A stretch of DNA of 64,000 nucleotides. Origin: Phoronis australis. Its lineage: Eukaryota; Animalia; Phoronida. Positions 37,701 to 51,670 of the stretch are shown here, piece after piece. The translations under genes and the position numbers were made by a program. The notes beneath the pieces were generated by a model, which was not told the origin of the DNA, did not search any database, and saw only the letters and a program-made list of their open reading frames with translations. Numbering within the stretch: the first letter of the stretch is position 1; each line of letters starts with the position of its first letter. The stretch covers positions 3,886,102 through 3,950,101 of the forward strand of contig NMRA01000001.1 in the NCBI GenBank assembly GCA_002633005.1. The letters run 5' to 3'.

Positions 37701-40700
37701 TGCACATTTATGTACGATACCTGGAAATACAGAAGCTTTGTCTCTTATGAGTTGCACCTCTCCATTATTTTCAGTTGTTCACTGAATATGGTCGCCTAGC
37801 TTTAGAAGACACACCAGGAGCCAAACCCTTTCAGGTACTCTGATGCTTATCTATTTTAATTCGGTCTACACAGTACAAGCTTCAAACAAAATCAGCTTTC
37901 TTTAAGTGTCCTTTTCTGCATTCCAAATTATCAAGTATTCTGTTGCTAGATGTCAGAAAAACATCTGACTTTCATGAATGTTCAGTGACCCAGAAAAAGA
38001 TTATTAAGAAGTTGTTTTACCTGTTTATTAAATTCTGATAAAGATTTTATGTGTTTTTACTCACTACTGTGGAGAGGCTGGAGCCCAAAACATAGTGTTT
38101 GTGTAATTTATACCATTATACCAAGGTTATTGCCTATGTGTTGTATTCCTATTTTGCCTATATTTTTCCTGGCAGCAGTTGACTGCAGAATTCGTAAATT
38201 CTGATATTGACATGTTGCAAGATATGATATTGATATCTTGCTTAGTCCTAATTAAGGTGACTCAATACTCTGAGTTTGTGTATTGTTGGATTTGTCAGAT
38301 TATCCCAATCAGAGTTGTTCAAGAAGAAATATTATGGCTGTAACATTTGCTCACAAAGAATTGAACTGTTATGAAGGACTAAGTCTTCTAGTACAGCGTG
38401 TTGTGTACCGATGAATCTCAGTTAACTTTGGCTCAGTACACTCTGTTGACTTCACGCATCATTAGCTTGTGTGGTCGTATGCCCTCTGGCTGCGAGAAAG
38501 TGAAACGCTTTTCTCGTCTGTGCCAGGGGTAGTAGGAGCTGCTAGGCTCACAGAAGCAGTTGAGATTGTTTTGCTGAAAAGTTCCAGTGAATATAAAAAT
38601 CTTCAGTGAATAAGCATTGATCTCTGGAGGTTTTTGTTCTAGTGCTTGGAGTTTCTGGTAAGAGACTGGAGCTTTCCGTACGAGTTCGCATGGGGTGCTG
38701 AGGGAGGCAACAACTTGTTGGAGAGGAGATTACAGGTAAGTTGTGACACGTAATTTGGTGTTTTTAATCGTAATTTCGGAATGGTGATTTTCAGTTAGTG
38801 GTGTCAGAGAACCCGATTGGATTGAGTTTCAATAGAAAATGTTGCTGTTTGTGTAACAGGTGAACTGAGCAGCTTAGGAAATGGCTGTATTTATCACGGG
38901 GTATTTCATTGCATCACTTTTTATGTGTTGTGGTTATTAATTGTTCAGTGATATTGCCAGGCATCGATGGCAGCCTGTTAAACTTCAAGTGATGGCATGC
39001 TTCAGTTTACAGCATCTTTTATATTGATTGTGTTGAAAGCCATAACTACATGCATTAATAGGTCATCAGTCTTGTATTTTAATCACTGAATTACTCAAAC
39101 ATTGCAAGTTTACAGCATATCAGGGCTTGGAATTTTCCGCGGAAACGCAGATTTCCACTTTTTTCAAATGTTCTGTCTGCGTATTTTATTATATTTCCGC
39201 GTAAAAAAATCGGATTTGATATAAAATTTCCACGAAAAATTTCTTTCTCACCACGGCGTTGCCTACGACTTCCACCTCGAAAAGCGGAAGTTGCTCTTTA
39301 TGCTTCGGAGGAACGTAAATTGTCATCATTGCCGGGGCACCTGGGATAGCCCGGTTTTCCTCAATGGCGTCTCGTGAGATTGTAAATCGCGGTGACAAAT
39401 ACTACAACTCTGCAGCCAAAAATGTGTGGAGGCGGGAGTAGACAGTGGACGGACAAGCTAATAAGACGTTCCTGGAGGTGGTACCTTTTTCTTTTTTTAA
39501 GTCCTCCCGATGTTTTGTCGGTATGTTCAAGGCTGGGTGCGCGCATGTTTTGGGCTGTAAAAATTTCCGCTTTTTTGTCATGGGTCATTCCAACCCCTGG
39601 CATATACACTGATTGTACATTAATTTGTTCTACTTCACAAAATAATAAAGCAGGGGAAAAGCCAGTGTAGCTTCAAATCATATCAAGTGTGCTTTTGGAA
39701 GCCCAAAAATTTCCAGTGTCAAAGTTTATTAAATCAATCATGTAAAACTGGAAGTCTTTAGTTGCTTTATTTCAGAAGCTGAATTATTTCAAGTTATTGC
39801 AAAATCTAACATATTGTAATTTATTACAACACTCCAGGATTCACCATGTAACTTCCTAGTATAGCAAACTCCTCAGTTCAGTGTGTTGCATTTTTCATAA
39901 AATGCGGCAGAACTTCCAGGTCACAAATACCCATGTTAAAAGCACCTCATCCAAGTCAGAAACAATGTATGCCATAAATTCAAATAAATTCTTTGCAATG
40001 ATGATGCAGTGCACTAAGGATTTAGCTCACTAGACGATTATTACACACTGAGACTCCCTAGGATAAATATCACATTTTTTGATCTATGAATCGCTGTTTC
40101 AGCTGTCACAAGGCCAACATGAAGAATTACAACAGCTTCGACGACACATCAAGTCTTGCTTCAAACGCATAGGCGGTTTCCTGATGCCTCATCCTGGTTT
40201 AAAGGTGGCCACCAACCCTCACTTTGATGGAAGACTATCAGGTCAGTCTGTTTATGTGACCTGTTAGGTTGTAATAGTGCTTTCATAACTTGTATCAGAA
40301 CTACGTAATACAATTGCGAAGTGAGCAGTTTTTGATATCTTGTCACTCAAAGAGATTTGCATTGCTGAACCTGAAACGGTACCTCAGTACTAGTGTAACA
40401 AGCTCGCGGTGGGTTTCTTTCATTGGTTCAGATCCCTTATTGATGGTTTCCTTGCAGAGATTGAAGGAGAATTCAAGGACTGTCTGCGAGTGCTAGTGCC
40501 CAGCTTACTGGCTCCAGAAAATCTTGTTGTTAAAGAAATTAATGGCTCACAGATCACATGTAAAGAATTATTAGAGTACTTCAAAGTAAGCAATGACAAA
40601 AAGTTCAGAATATTATTATGTTGATTATTACTTTTGGTTGGTTTTAATGAATTGTACAAATTGTTGTTCTACAAGTGTTCTATTGAAAATCTTGATCTTC

Positions 40701-43480
40701 TTAAGTAGAAGTCAAGTTAACGAAGTCAGTTTTGCTATTGTATTTTATTCTTATACATGACAATTTTACAGTTATGTGGCCTGCTGACACCTCAAACTGT
40801 TGGTAGTTAGTCTCTAGGCTTTGTACACAAAGGAATGCAATGCCCATGTGGTCTTGCTTTTGGCTAATGTTCCTTATGTTATGCACAGCTGGATTGTGAA
40901 ATTTAGTTCTTTATCCATCTGGGCAGATTCACCGTTTAGACAAATTCTCACTTATTCACATGTCTCTAATAACTACAGACGGGATTAGGACATATTACAA
41001 CTTTTTTTTCATGATAACGAAGTTACCATTTGCCCTTTCCGCATTTTTCTGTTTCTGATTCTTCTGTTTGTCTTGCAGTCATATGTAAATATTTACAAAG
41101 GTGACGTATTGCCCGAACCAAAGTCGATGCTTCAGGTAAGTAACTCTGTTCGTACAATATTCATGTATTTTTTACGAGATATGCTTATCTACCGACTTGC
41201 ATGAGATACTGCATATGTTTGGCTACAGTCATTTTATGAATAGATATTGGCACTGCATTTGAGGAAAGAGTAATAAAAGTCTATTCTTGAACATTATGCC
41301 TATTGTCTCTTAAAAAAGAAACGTGCGTTACTCTCTTGTACATTGCTGTTGCAGGCCACTGCTGAAGCCAATAATCTTGCAGCTGTTGCAAAAGCCAAGG
41401 CCGATTACATAAGTGCAATGGAACTGGTAAGTTCACAGTTGTGTTCATTCTAACTGTTCTTTGTAGTTCTCAAACAAAGTTCCTGTTTTTGTTAAGCAGG
41501 TTTTAATACCTTCCTGATTAGATGGAAATAAGTTGTGCTAAGAATGTCTATGGACAAGTTGGAGTATCACTTTATTTTGTTTAGTCTCTGGTTGCGTCAT
41601 TATCAGCTATGTCAGGAGTTGATGGTTTACAATGTGAATGACATAGAAGAGTGTTGATTTGGTGCCAGTTATCATTCAGTGTTTTTGAAGCCGTTTCTGT
41701 CTTGGAAAGTTGCATTTTTTGTGTACAGTGATGGCTTTTGAACAAGATCTCACATGATGATGTAACAGGTCTTAAGTATTGATACAATTTTGTCTAGCAA
41801 ACTTTGTGTTGACCATCGCCATTTTCTAGTTCCACCGATATTAAATAGTTTCTTGCCTAACTAGCAGAAAGTGGTGACTCAAAAGTTACACGGAAAGGCA
41901 TTCGCTTGTCTCAGTATTGTAGGTTTTCAGAATGGAGAAGTTTCTCGGAGCTCATGCCATATTGAGACCAGTTCCATGTCTTCTCAATCTGAAGACTGGT
42001 CTCTTAAAATTTCCTGGAATTGTCTTCAGATTTTTTGTGTTGGAAAAGTAATGAAATCCTGAAAACTATTTACAAATGTTGCATTTGCTTTTATAGTACT
42101 TTACTATTGTTTGAAGTCAGGAACAGCATTGCTGACGGTTCAAGTATAACTGTCAAAACACCGTGCAGACTGAAAAGTTTCTAGACGTTCCAAGCAGTCT
42201 CAGAAAACAATTAGCTATTGGAAGCAGTGAATTTCATATTAAGAGCTAGTCATGTCTGTTTCTTTAGGTATGTGGGGGTGACAGACCATACCTACGACCT
42301 GATCAACTACAGGCAGATCACGAACGCTGTTTACAAATAGCTGTGGAGCTCTTTGGCAACTGTAAGAAGATGGGTGGCAAAGAATTTAGCCAGAACTATG
42401 AAGATCAACTGAAGGTGGAGCTACAGGAGAGCTATGACAGTTTCATCAAGCAGAATGATGGCAAGAACATCTTCAAGGCTGCGCGTACACCAGCAACACT
42501 CTTCACTGTCATGGTGCTGTTCTACATAGTCTCTGGTATCCTGGGTATGATCGGCCTGGAGACCATAGCCAACCTGTTCAACCTTGTCGTAGTCATCTTC
42601 TTGGGGTTACTGTGTGCCTGGGCTTATATAAGGTACAGTGGTAGCTACCTGGAGATAGGCGACACCATCGATAGCCTTGCCGAAGTTATCTGGGAGTCGG
42701 TGAGTGACACCTAGTGATATTACATACTGAAGTCTGCAAGATATGATACGATTCAATTTTCTGTGTCTTGTAATAGTGATAAGTTCCAGTGCTATTGTAT
42801 GACTTAAGCTATGATTGGTCAGTAGGAGATTTTGCCGTGTTGTGATTAGTCCAATTACATAATATGTGTATTTGATCGCACACTAACACTTGTAACTTTT
42901 CTCAACTAGAGGTGGAAAATTTATGTTTCAGTATCTAAATGTGCTTGAAAGATCAAAATTGTTGAGTAAATTTGTTGACAAGTTTTAGAAAGTTGCGGTA
43001 AATTTTGGAACTTGAGTTCAGGATATACAGGTCGAGCAGATCGGGTTGATGTCGCTACCTGCAATCTCAGCTTGCGTTTTACCAAAGTGGGATGCTGCAT
43101 GGAATTTTTGGTGTGTGCCTAACCTGGTAGGGTCTGGCTCTTAGCTGACCAACAAGCTAATTTCAATATCTAGTTGCTCTAATGGGAATTTTTTTAATGT
43201 GATTTTCAAATTTGCTTGCTTTTCGATAATTATATTGTTTCTTTGATTGCTGATGGCAGTAGTCGTGTTTTTCTGTATTTTGTAAATAATACTGCGTGGA
43301 GCAGCTTTCAGTAAAGGCTCTTTAACTCCAACACACAGTTGTTTGGCTTGTACTTCCGTTTGGATACACGAGTTTTGCTAACGAAATTGTTTCATATTTC
43401 AGTTCCTGGGCCATGCCGTGTCAGAAATTTCACAGCAAGGTGCAAAGTATGTGGTGCAACAGAAAACCAAGCAGAACTGA
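31742..43480 (+). CDS. ATL: atlastin, ER membrane-fusion GTPase (GBP/atlastin family), 12 exons, 540 aa
   Basis: Exons 31742-31799, 32572-32786, 33325-33564, 35778-35828, 37775-37834, 38643-38735, 40103-40241, 40458-40585, 41079-41135, 41355-41426, 42268-42699 and 43403-43480 total 1623 nt, all GT-AG and in frame. Motifs: P-loop [57 protein letters not shown], two TM helices after ARTPATL, C-terminal KTKQN (KxKxx). Confidence 0.97.
32572..32786 (+). CDS. ATL: atlastin exon 2 (P-loop)
   Basis: [10 protein letters not shown]...[20 protein letters not shown], flanked by AG/GT. Confidence 0.95.
33325..33564 (+). CDS. ATL: atlastin exon 3
   Basis: [12 protein letters not shown]...LMDTQGAFD...[10 protein letters not shown]. 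Confidence 0.95.
35778..35828 (+). CDS. ATL: atlastin exon 4
   Basis: [17 protein letters not shown] between tttcag and gtataa. Confidence 0.92.
36230..37450 (-). mobile_element. inverted copy of the same DINE-1/HINE-like family in atlastin intron 4
   Basis: The reverse complement of ~36232-36340 (ttaggagatacagcagtggacgccggatgcccagacagagatgatgggaatatgcacccacat...atgtggatgcaaaa) aligns with 1458-1543. Repeated ctagtggcaatt and tgaaatttgg blocks follow. Confidence 0.7.
37775..37834 (+). CDS. ATL: atlastin exon 5
   Basis: [20 protein letters not shown]. Confidence 0.92.
38643..38735 (+). CDS. ATL: atlastin exon 6
   Basis: [22 protein letters not shown]. Confidence 0.92.
39121..39599. mobile_element. 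hAT-like MITE in atlastin intron 6
   Basis: TIRs cagggcttggaat / attccaacccctg (12/13), flanked by direct repeat gcatat; CpG-rich interior. Confidence 0.7.
40103..40241 (+). CDS. ATL: atlastin exon 7
   Basis: [16 protein letters not shown]...[12 protein letters not shown]. Confidence 0.93.
40458..40585 (+). CDS. ATL: atlastin exon 8
   Basis: [18 protein letters not shown]...LLEYFK. Confidence 0.93.
41079..41135 (+). CDS. ATL: atlastin exon 9
   Basis: [19 protein letters not shown]. Confidence 0.92.
41355..41426 (+). CDS. ATL: atlastin exon 10
   Basis: [24 protein letters not shown]. Confidence 0.92.
42268..42699 (+). CDS. ATL: atlastin exon 11 (helical bundle and two TM segments)
   Basis: VCGGDRPYL...KKMGGKEFS...AARTPATLF...WAYIRYSG. 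Confidence 0.95.
43403..43480 (+). CDS. ATL: atlastin last coding exon
   Basis: tatttcag| then [25 protein letters not shown], ending in a KxKxx ER-retrieval motif. Confidence 0.8.
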   Translation, partial: FLGHAVSEISQQGAKYVVQQKTKQN

Positions 43481-46080
43481 GTAGATACGACTTCTATTCA
43501 AGACTGTTATGCAATGAAGCCTTGAAAACACAACAGTATTGTATCAAATGTAACAAATAGTAGTCCACACAAAGATGGGTGACTGACAAATATCACCGTT
43601 TTGTTTTTTTTGTTATAATTTCAGGTTGTTGCATGAAACTTCAATGCTCCGTACTCGCTCAATTGCTAAATACAACATTGGTAATGAGATATGTAATATT
43701 AATCTCATGTTATCTAGTGCACGTTTTGTGCACTTTTTCGTATGTGTAGATTTTGTCATCCTTTGTGTACAGTTTCAGTTGATTGTGCTTGCAATGAGAT
43801 CAGCTTGCATCATGACTGGTTGGTCAGGCTGTGAAGGTCACAAGCGACACATGTTAATTTGTTTCACTCGCTGCTTTTTGCTTAAGGTCTCATGGTCACT
43901 GATTGGAGATTTCTGAACGCTTCTCTTGATTATTTGTCACATATTCTTGTTGGTGAGAAATTTTCTATTTGCTGTCGTGTTTGATCGTTTCATTTGTGGT
44001 CGATTAAAGTCCAACTTTGGTCTGATGCAATGCGAGACAATTTATGGTGTTGCTATAATCACCAGTATTACTTTTATATGTGCCTGAAGGCGGGTCTATT
44101 CAAACAAAATGAAAAATGCATGCTATTTGTTAGATTTTTATTCCAAATTAACTGAATAAGGCAGGTACCACTTTTTGCTGACTTTTGTATCTTGGTGTGT
44201 GTGGTTCAGTGCATAAATGCAGACTCCCATTTTGTGTAAGGTCAGGTTAATCAAGTGTGGAATGACAATTAGTGTCAATATTTTTTGAGTAAATTAATTT
44301 TAAAGTTGTTAAAAACCATTACCGGTAATAAAAATGAATAAAATTGTATGAATATAAAAAGGCAATCATTGGTATAAATCCAGTAATAACCTGTTTTGAG
44401 CAGTATTGCATCGCAAGGAGTGCGACTGACTGCACAAAACTGTCAAATAGTCATCACTTGATGTTTGTCTTTTTATTTAATTTTTACAGTTTTATTCATT
44501 CTGATGGATTTTCTTGATTCATATTTTGTTGTTATCTTTAAAAAGTGCAATGAAAAGTTTGCTGTCAAAAAGATTGTGACGTTCTGTCTTAAAAAAGGTC
44601 TCGGTGTTCGAAATGTGTTAGAGTAGGAAAAGAGTGAAAATGCTTGGAAATTTTTAGAAATGCATGACTGAAGAATTGTAGCGTATAATCTCTCTGGCCC
44701 CTAGAACACGATGGTTCTCTTGTGAAATCGCTAAACATCCAATGGGCATGCTAGATGGACCATTTGATTGACAACAGAGATATACTCAGTTGTATGTGTT
44801 TATATTGTGATATATGAATTTGATAGCACAACGTAAAGTAAACTAAAGTTAATTTATTTTGAGAATGTATATAATGATCACTACCTGTATAAAGTAGCCT
44901 AGCTGAAGGTAACCCGTTGGAGACATTATTTTCTCTCACTAGAGAGTACTGCATGTTTGTCTTTCAGATAACTGTGTTCTTTTGACTTCTTTCATTGTAA
45001 GATGTATGCGCCAAAAGAAAATAGATAAAATACCATCTTCCTGTCAGGACAGCTGATTCTGCTTGCTGATTTTTGTCCGGCTTATTCCTGCTGAAACTGA
45101 TAAGACTTGTCATAATGACGGTAATATCTTCTCGCTCTCAACTGCTGCACCCACAATGGCCCATTGCTCAGAATGTGTTCTTAATTCCAGTGCACATGTG
45201 CAAAACACAAAACAACCTATCGTCAACAGCTTGATTTTTATCGTACATAACTGTGTGTTGTCCTTTTGTTAGGTTACCTCATGGCACAATGAAAGTAGTG
45301 AAGGTTTCTCCAACATTGATTGTCAAAATCTCACTCTTTTTGATAGCACGTGCATGAAGAATAGTGCCTACAAATAATATACCCTCTGTAAAATATACAT
45401 ACCATTCTTGTCTGCCTGGAGGCAAGGAGAATGTCATGAAACGTTTGAGAACAATTGTACATTTTCGAGGCAAAACCACACTGAAATCTACTCCTGTAAC
45501 TGCCTGCATGCATTCGTGGATGACAGTTTAGTTATCACAAGGTTAGTTTATGCTAGATTTGATGCTAATTCAACAAGTAGTGAACTGTCTTTCCATGTAA
45601 ATATTAACTTTTGGTAAAATTACACTTCGTGGTGTACAGTTGCTATGACAATCAAGTCTGCTTGAACTCAACTGTTATGACAAGGAATTCCATCAGCACT
45701 TAGCCATCTTGACAAGGAATATCGGGTATTTTGTCTTACTTATGGCTTGTGTTGTAGGTTAAAAATGTTGTCTCTGTCCATAATTATTAAGTTTGGTGTG
45801 ATAAGTCAACACAGCAGACCAAGTGCTCTCACTTTTTAGAGATTATAGTATGCAACTTTCTTTTCAATTTTTGTTGTGTTAACAATATTGTCTGCTTCTA
45901 TATATGTAGTAAACGTGATGCAACAAGGTTAACTAGAGAGTTCTGTGAGATTCCTGATGTTTTACCGTCATGAGGTGCTACAACTAACATTTCGTAAGTG
46001 CTTACTCGGTTTTCTCTGAATGATTCCAAGTCATTGAATTTGAATTGAGGTAACCACAAACACATCTACTTCTGTGACTA

Positions 46081-46181
46081 CCATACTCGTCTGGGTTATC
46101 ACCCAGGGCGTGTAAACTGGAAATGTAAAAAAACGGGGTGGGCGGTAAGGCAAGCATTGGCGGTAATCCGGACGAGTACGG
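46081..46181. mobile_element. 101-bp Tc1/mariner-type MITE with TA target duplication
   Basis: TA|ccatactcgtctgggttatcacc ... ggcggtaatccggacgagtacgg|TA. Confidence 0.7.
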
Positions 46182-48487
46182 TAGTCTTTTCTTTGGACTG
46201 GGGAATAGCGATTACAGTTAGTGAGAACACAGCCAGCACTCTTAGCATAAGAGTGTGATGTGGCTGGTGCACACAACAGCACATGTAGAATTATTATTTT
46301 AATGATAGAAATGCTTCCAAAGAATTTTTAGATATCTGATTATGAGAGCACCTAATGTGTGTATTTTTGCTGCCTTTGTTTATTGTCTGTTGAAATTAGT
46401 GATAGTGTTTCAGAGTGCAAGTTAAATAACCCAGTAAGAAAGTATAGATTATTAGTGGAGCCTACTATAGGGTTCCCATTCTTGACCTTTAAAATACCTA
46501 TGACTTTATTGTGTGCCCTTGTTCAAGCTTACAAGTTATCAATTTCAAAGGGAGTAATAAACTTGCACTTCTGTCAAAAACAAGCTTGATCTTGGCCACT
46601 TACAGAGTCCACCTCATCTTGTTTCTTACTTCAATGAGATAGTGTTCCTGGGCTTGAGACGTGACAGGTAGTGTTAGCTTCAGATCAAGCCCCTCCAGTC
46701 GCTTGTCATGGCTAGATAGTGTGTCAGTCTCCCGGGCTTTATGGCCGTCATATGAATATCGGAATTATTTAACAATTTCAATGCGAGCAAAAGATAAGAA
46801 CATGGCATTGCTTTGGATGCGCAAGTAGACTTGCGAGGAAAGTTTGTTTTTGATATAGTAACTTCTTGTAATGTGCCTATTGTACCTCCTTCATAAATAT
46901 GTTAATTCGTGATACTTTATTAAATTTTGTTCAATCACAGTTAAATGTCGTTTCTGTTAAGTTTTTAAGAATTATCCCAAAGAGGGAAAATTTTAATTCA
47001 AAATACAATAGCCCAGACAGCGTGATCTCTGTAATTCATGAATGCAAGTCAGAAGGTTAGATGCTGCACCCAGACAACCAATCCTATTGAGATCAATTTC
47101 CAGCTGGAGAAATGCACCCTTGTAAATATTGAGCCGTCACAAATTGTAGATTTTGCTACAAGACTATCCAAAAAAGTGCGAAGCAAATTACAGTATTTTG
47201 TGTCCACTAGTTCCAAGTCACACCATGTACAGGCTTCACAGCTTCAAAAGAAATTGAAACGTGAATTTTAAAGGATTTCTTTCCGATACTTATAAAGTTT
47301 AACCTCATTTTTTAGGTCAATATCTACACAACTTCTTTCAGAGTTTACTTGCTCAAAGAGGCGTGTGTTCAGATTGCTAAACCACCAGTTACAAGCGATT
47401 GGTTCAAGCTCATCTTTGAAGTAACTATGGTAACTGCAAATGCACAAAGATGAGAAGAGTTGATAAAAATACTTGCATTTATTGCCAACAATGAACAACT
47501 ATTTTTGGCACCAGCAAACAAGTCTTTCCTAGTAATCCTATCTTTTTAGCCCATGTTTCCATTGTTTTGCATGGTAGTTTTTTCCTTTCAAGCTTGCCCA
47601 AACTCAACAGCTTTCACATATTTTTTATTTGTGAAAACATTCAGTTTAGTGATTGGGAGAAACTAACAGTTTGTTATTGCTCAACGTTAAACTTGAATGG
47701 ATTACATAACTGTTGTAGGTAACATCATGGTTGCCAAAAAGCAGAATGACCATTAAGGGAAACGAACACATACAATGAATTGTCATTCAATGTTGACAAA
47801 TACGTAGAACATATAAGAATATGAAAATGTTTTGGGAGTGCTCAATATGCACCTCTAGAGAAGGATATTTTGATATTGAAACTGGGAATTTTGGAGGTGC
47901 TTTTATCCTTTCATCTTAATAGAGGTATCAATGTAAACAGATACCATGACAATGTCATGACAATTAATTGCTAGTGTAACTGTGTTTACCACCACCTTGT
48001 TTTTGAAGTTTACTTTCAAGCAGATGTCTGGGAATTCTGCAGGGTTTTAACAACATTGTAAAAATAATAAATGCCAAGTAATGCTAACTACACTTCGAAG
48101 AAAGGACACAAAACAATGGGCATAACGTTTTGGCAAAGTATTATATTGTCCCCTGCAAACCTTCCACTGTTGTCAATCAATGGCTTACCTCAGTAAAACT
48201 ACACTTGACAAAAGTACATACAACTTTATGAGACTCAACTAACTGATACTATAATGTCTCAAAATATAATGATCATTATAGTAAATAAAAAATAACGTCC
48301 ACCCTTTGTGAAGTCCTTTCAAATTCAACCTCTTGATTCCTGGGATTCCACAGAAGAGGCTCGCTATTTGTATACACAACATTGGGAGGTAAATATCAGG
48401 AGAATCGACCCACATAAATAAATACAAAATAGCTGTTAAAACTTTCGATGGCATAGTTCATTCACGTAATATTACGTCCAGGCTCCA

Positions 48488-48554
48488 TTACTGTTCAAAC
48501 TGATTCTTGTTTTTCAACAAGTATGCTGCCAGAAACTCGATTGGATTTGGTGGT
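48488..48554 (-). CDS. DPY30: DPY30 last coding exon
   Basis: tctttcag| then [21 protein letters not shown]. Confidence 0.95.
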
Positions 48555-51500
48555 CTGAAAGAGAAAAGAAAACAACATTAGACATGATGATATGGCTGAA
48601 GGAAAAATCACTAGGTTTTTGGCAATGAAAAATTACTGCATTCAAAAAAATGTGTTGGATCAAGAAGCATTTGATCTGACGGTAATTAATGGGCTGCTGT
48701 AAAAATGATGGAAAATTGTTCATAAGAAAGATACTTTCCTATGAAATGCACAATTGTGACAAATTCTCCCTTTTTTGACAAGTTTTATCAAAGCAAATCA
48801 GGGTGAGCATGTTTCAAAATTTTATATCTTCTATTGTCAAGGGAAAAAAGAGAAATTTGCATATGTGACGTTGAAATGAGTTGGATTTTTTTGTTATAGT
48901 CAACCATAATAATCACTTCACAAGATGTCCCAAGAGGATTTAGGAAATGTTCGGCCTTTCCATTCAGATTAATGTCATGGTATAAAACAATTCTTAGTTT
49001 TGAAAACATTCTCGTTTCACAAAAACGTACTGAAAATGCAATATATAGAATGGCAATGCAATTTAAACTACTTTTACCGCAGTGAAATACTCCGACAGTC
49101 ACAGTTAGAGTTGTTTGAACAATCGAAGAATGTGGGCTACCGTGATGAGAGCGGTTATTTGTTACAAAAATTTGATTGAGACAACTTACTGTTACGAAAT
49201 CAATCGAAAGTATTTTCTTAGTCAAAACAGAGGTTTTTCTGGGTTTGTAAAGAACTGAGTCAGTTATTGATGGAGACGAGCCTCAGCAAGCTGGAGCAAC
49301 ACTCTGTTATAAGCTGTAGACACACAACACAACACAACACTGTAACCCACCTTTCTTTTGCTAACACGGACATTCCAGACAATAAGATGGGAACCACCGT
49401 TTGATCGAGGTAAGCCCTTGTGGGTAAGGACTGTATTTCCACTTTGGACTTTTTATTGGTCTGACTTTCTGCGACGTCTGTTGCTATGATTTTCTGCAAG
49501 TGTAAATACATATAACGTCAAAATAATCACAACTGTGACAATGTCAACACTCCGGGACAGAATGGACACTTTTTTCATAATCTATCAGAAAACTTTCCAC
49601 CATACTTAAGCTTATACATCGAAATAAACGAATTAACAAATATTACAATTCTAACCTCGCGCATTACACAAAGACTGTGGACTAATACGAGACAAAAAGG
49701 GCTGTACAAGTTAGACTACATGTAAGAAGTCTACAAAAACTGGTCGACAAAACCAATCTTATCGATGACAACTTGCTTAGAAACAATACCTCAACAAATC
49801 CAACCGAATGCTAAACTTTTACAAACGGTGTGCAGTAACGGTGATTTGGAACTTGACATAGTCGGTTATGTAGTGATAGGCACCAGTGTTTTACCAATTA
49901 GCTCATCAATGCGAGAACATACACATAAGTAATCACACACAGAACTTGTCGCTTTTGGCACAGTCCTCGAGAACGACAGTTAATGAGGGTAACTTGTAGT
50001 TAATTCGTGCAAGTGCAAGGTGTTTTAAATCCTGTAATGTCATAACACGCAAGACTGCAAGACCAGATATCGCCATCTACAACTTATGGGCAGTGTTACA
50101 TTTAGTTATAGATTTTTAATGACATTATCGACTAAAAGTCAAAGAAGATTGCAGTGCTATGACTACAGTTGTAAAATCTCACCTGTAAGCTCTCTGTGAC
50201 ACCAGCTTCAGCATGAGGATTAGTCACCTGAGCTGCCCCAGACTGTTGGTCATTTATCGGTTCACTGGCTACTGTTGTCTGGTCTGCAAATGTGTCATAT
50301 AAAGATTAAATTAAAGAAATATCATTAAAACAAACTTCTCTTTGCAACACATGTATGTCCCCTCTGACAATAGTCAATGGAAAATGGGTGATGCCTGTAC
50401 TGGCGAGACCCTGGCCTACAGCTTGTCGATTTTAAAATCTCATGGGATTACCTGCAGATCAAAATCATCCTCCCAACCAAACTTGATGACCAAAGCTGCT
50501 GCCGTTTTCAAATTATTGAAAAGGCAAGATTTTTGTTGTGACAGTCAACATGATCTTGGACTTGTAAACTTCCAAACAACTACAGCACAACTCTGGATGT
50601 TCCCAAGCACCAAGAATTGTAAATTTGGAAATCATGCACCAAATACTTAAAAAGTCTTCTAATAAACAGAATTTTATGGATGTGAGGTCAATGCGTGTAG
50701 TGCAAAGCAACTTGGTTGATTTCATAACTTATAAACACTGGCAAATCTGCATTCATTACTAGTGTTCTTAACACTTCAGTCACAAGTATTATATAGAGAT
50801 GGATGCATCAACATTCTCAACTACTAGTACCACATGTGAATCTACACAGACTTAGTTTTGGGTGCTGAGGCACGAGTTCCAGGCCGTAGCTAAGTCAAAC
50901 CAATCTCCAAGCTCGGAATCAAACATGGACCAGTCAGGCAACCACAAAAATAGGAATCCGTATGGAGAAACTGGAAGATTATGAGAGACTAGTAATATAA
51001 GAGAGATATCTGACGCACACTTCAAATATTTGGTAACTTGCCAAATTGGCGTTTACCTTGACTTGATAAATGTGGCTTCAACAATCATTTGCCTTGGGGC
51101 TGATCTTAAATTCAAAACATTTCAAGGTGGCAACAGTTAAGCACTGTACAGTCTCATTGAAAAGGAACAACTGCAGGATAGGGGAGGCTTCCGGAGTACC
51201 GCTTTTTTAATTTTAAGGTTAGGTCAGTAAGGAATATCTGTGAGATACTGAGAGACTGATGTCAATTAAACCCTTTTAAAAATGTTACTATTAGTATTAG
51301 CCAAATCTTCTTCGACTTGATAAGCACCCAACTTCAGGTTGGAATATGACATGGTGAAGATCTCAAATTCACAACAGCAATCGTCAAAAAGCTCAACCTT
51401 TCAAGGGAGAGCAATTGCCTGGTTCTCAAAATCCCGGACCGCTATATCCGACCAGTGCCGACCAGGTCGGTGACAGTGTGAGACCATTTGCCTTTTGTAA

Positions 51501-51670
51501 GAGTAAAAGTTGTGACGTAGGCGGCTTTATAGCCGATTTAAGACACTTCACGAAATTATTTTTGTTGAGAAAAGTGACAAGTGACTAAACTAGGTACAGA
51601 CTCACAGAGTGTAACTGTAATTTCATGTTATTAATGATTAACAAGCGAAAGTCTGCCTACCGTCCGCCAT
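48488..51670 (-). CDS. DPY30: DPY30, COMPASS/SET1 H3K4 methyltransferase complex subunit, 4 exons, 106 aa
   Basis: Exons 51670-51661, 50283-50183, 49493-49351 and 48554-48488 total 321 nt in frame. They encode NPHAEAG...[53 protein letters not shown], the Dpy-30 motif. Confidence 0.96.
49351..49493 (-). CDS. DPY30: DPY30 exon 3
   Basis: [17 protein letters not shown]. Confidence 0.96.
50183..50283 (-). CDS. DPY30: DPY30 exon 2
   Basis: tttgcag| ... [15 protein letters not shown] |gtgaga. Confidence 0.85.

Noticed and set aside
38062-38097. Minimal hammerhead-like arrangement cacta-ctgtggaga-ggct-gg-agcc-caaaa-ca-tagtg
   Set aside because: The catalytic core CUGANGA/GAAA and the cleavage triplet are not intact.
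39998-40052. C/D-box snoRNA candidate (ATGATGA...CTGA) in an atlastin intron
   Set aside because: Too short, no terminal stem, no recognisable guide.
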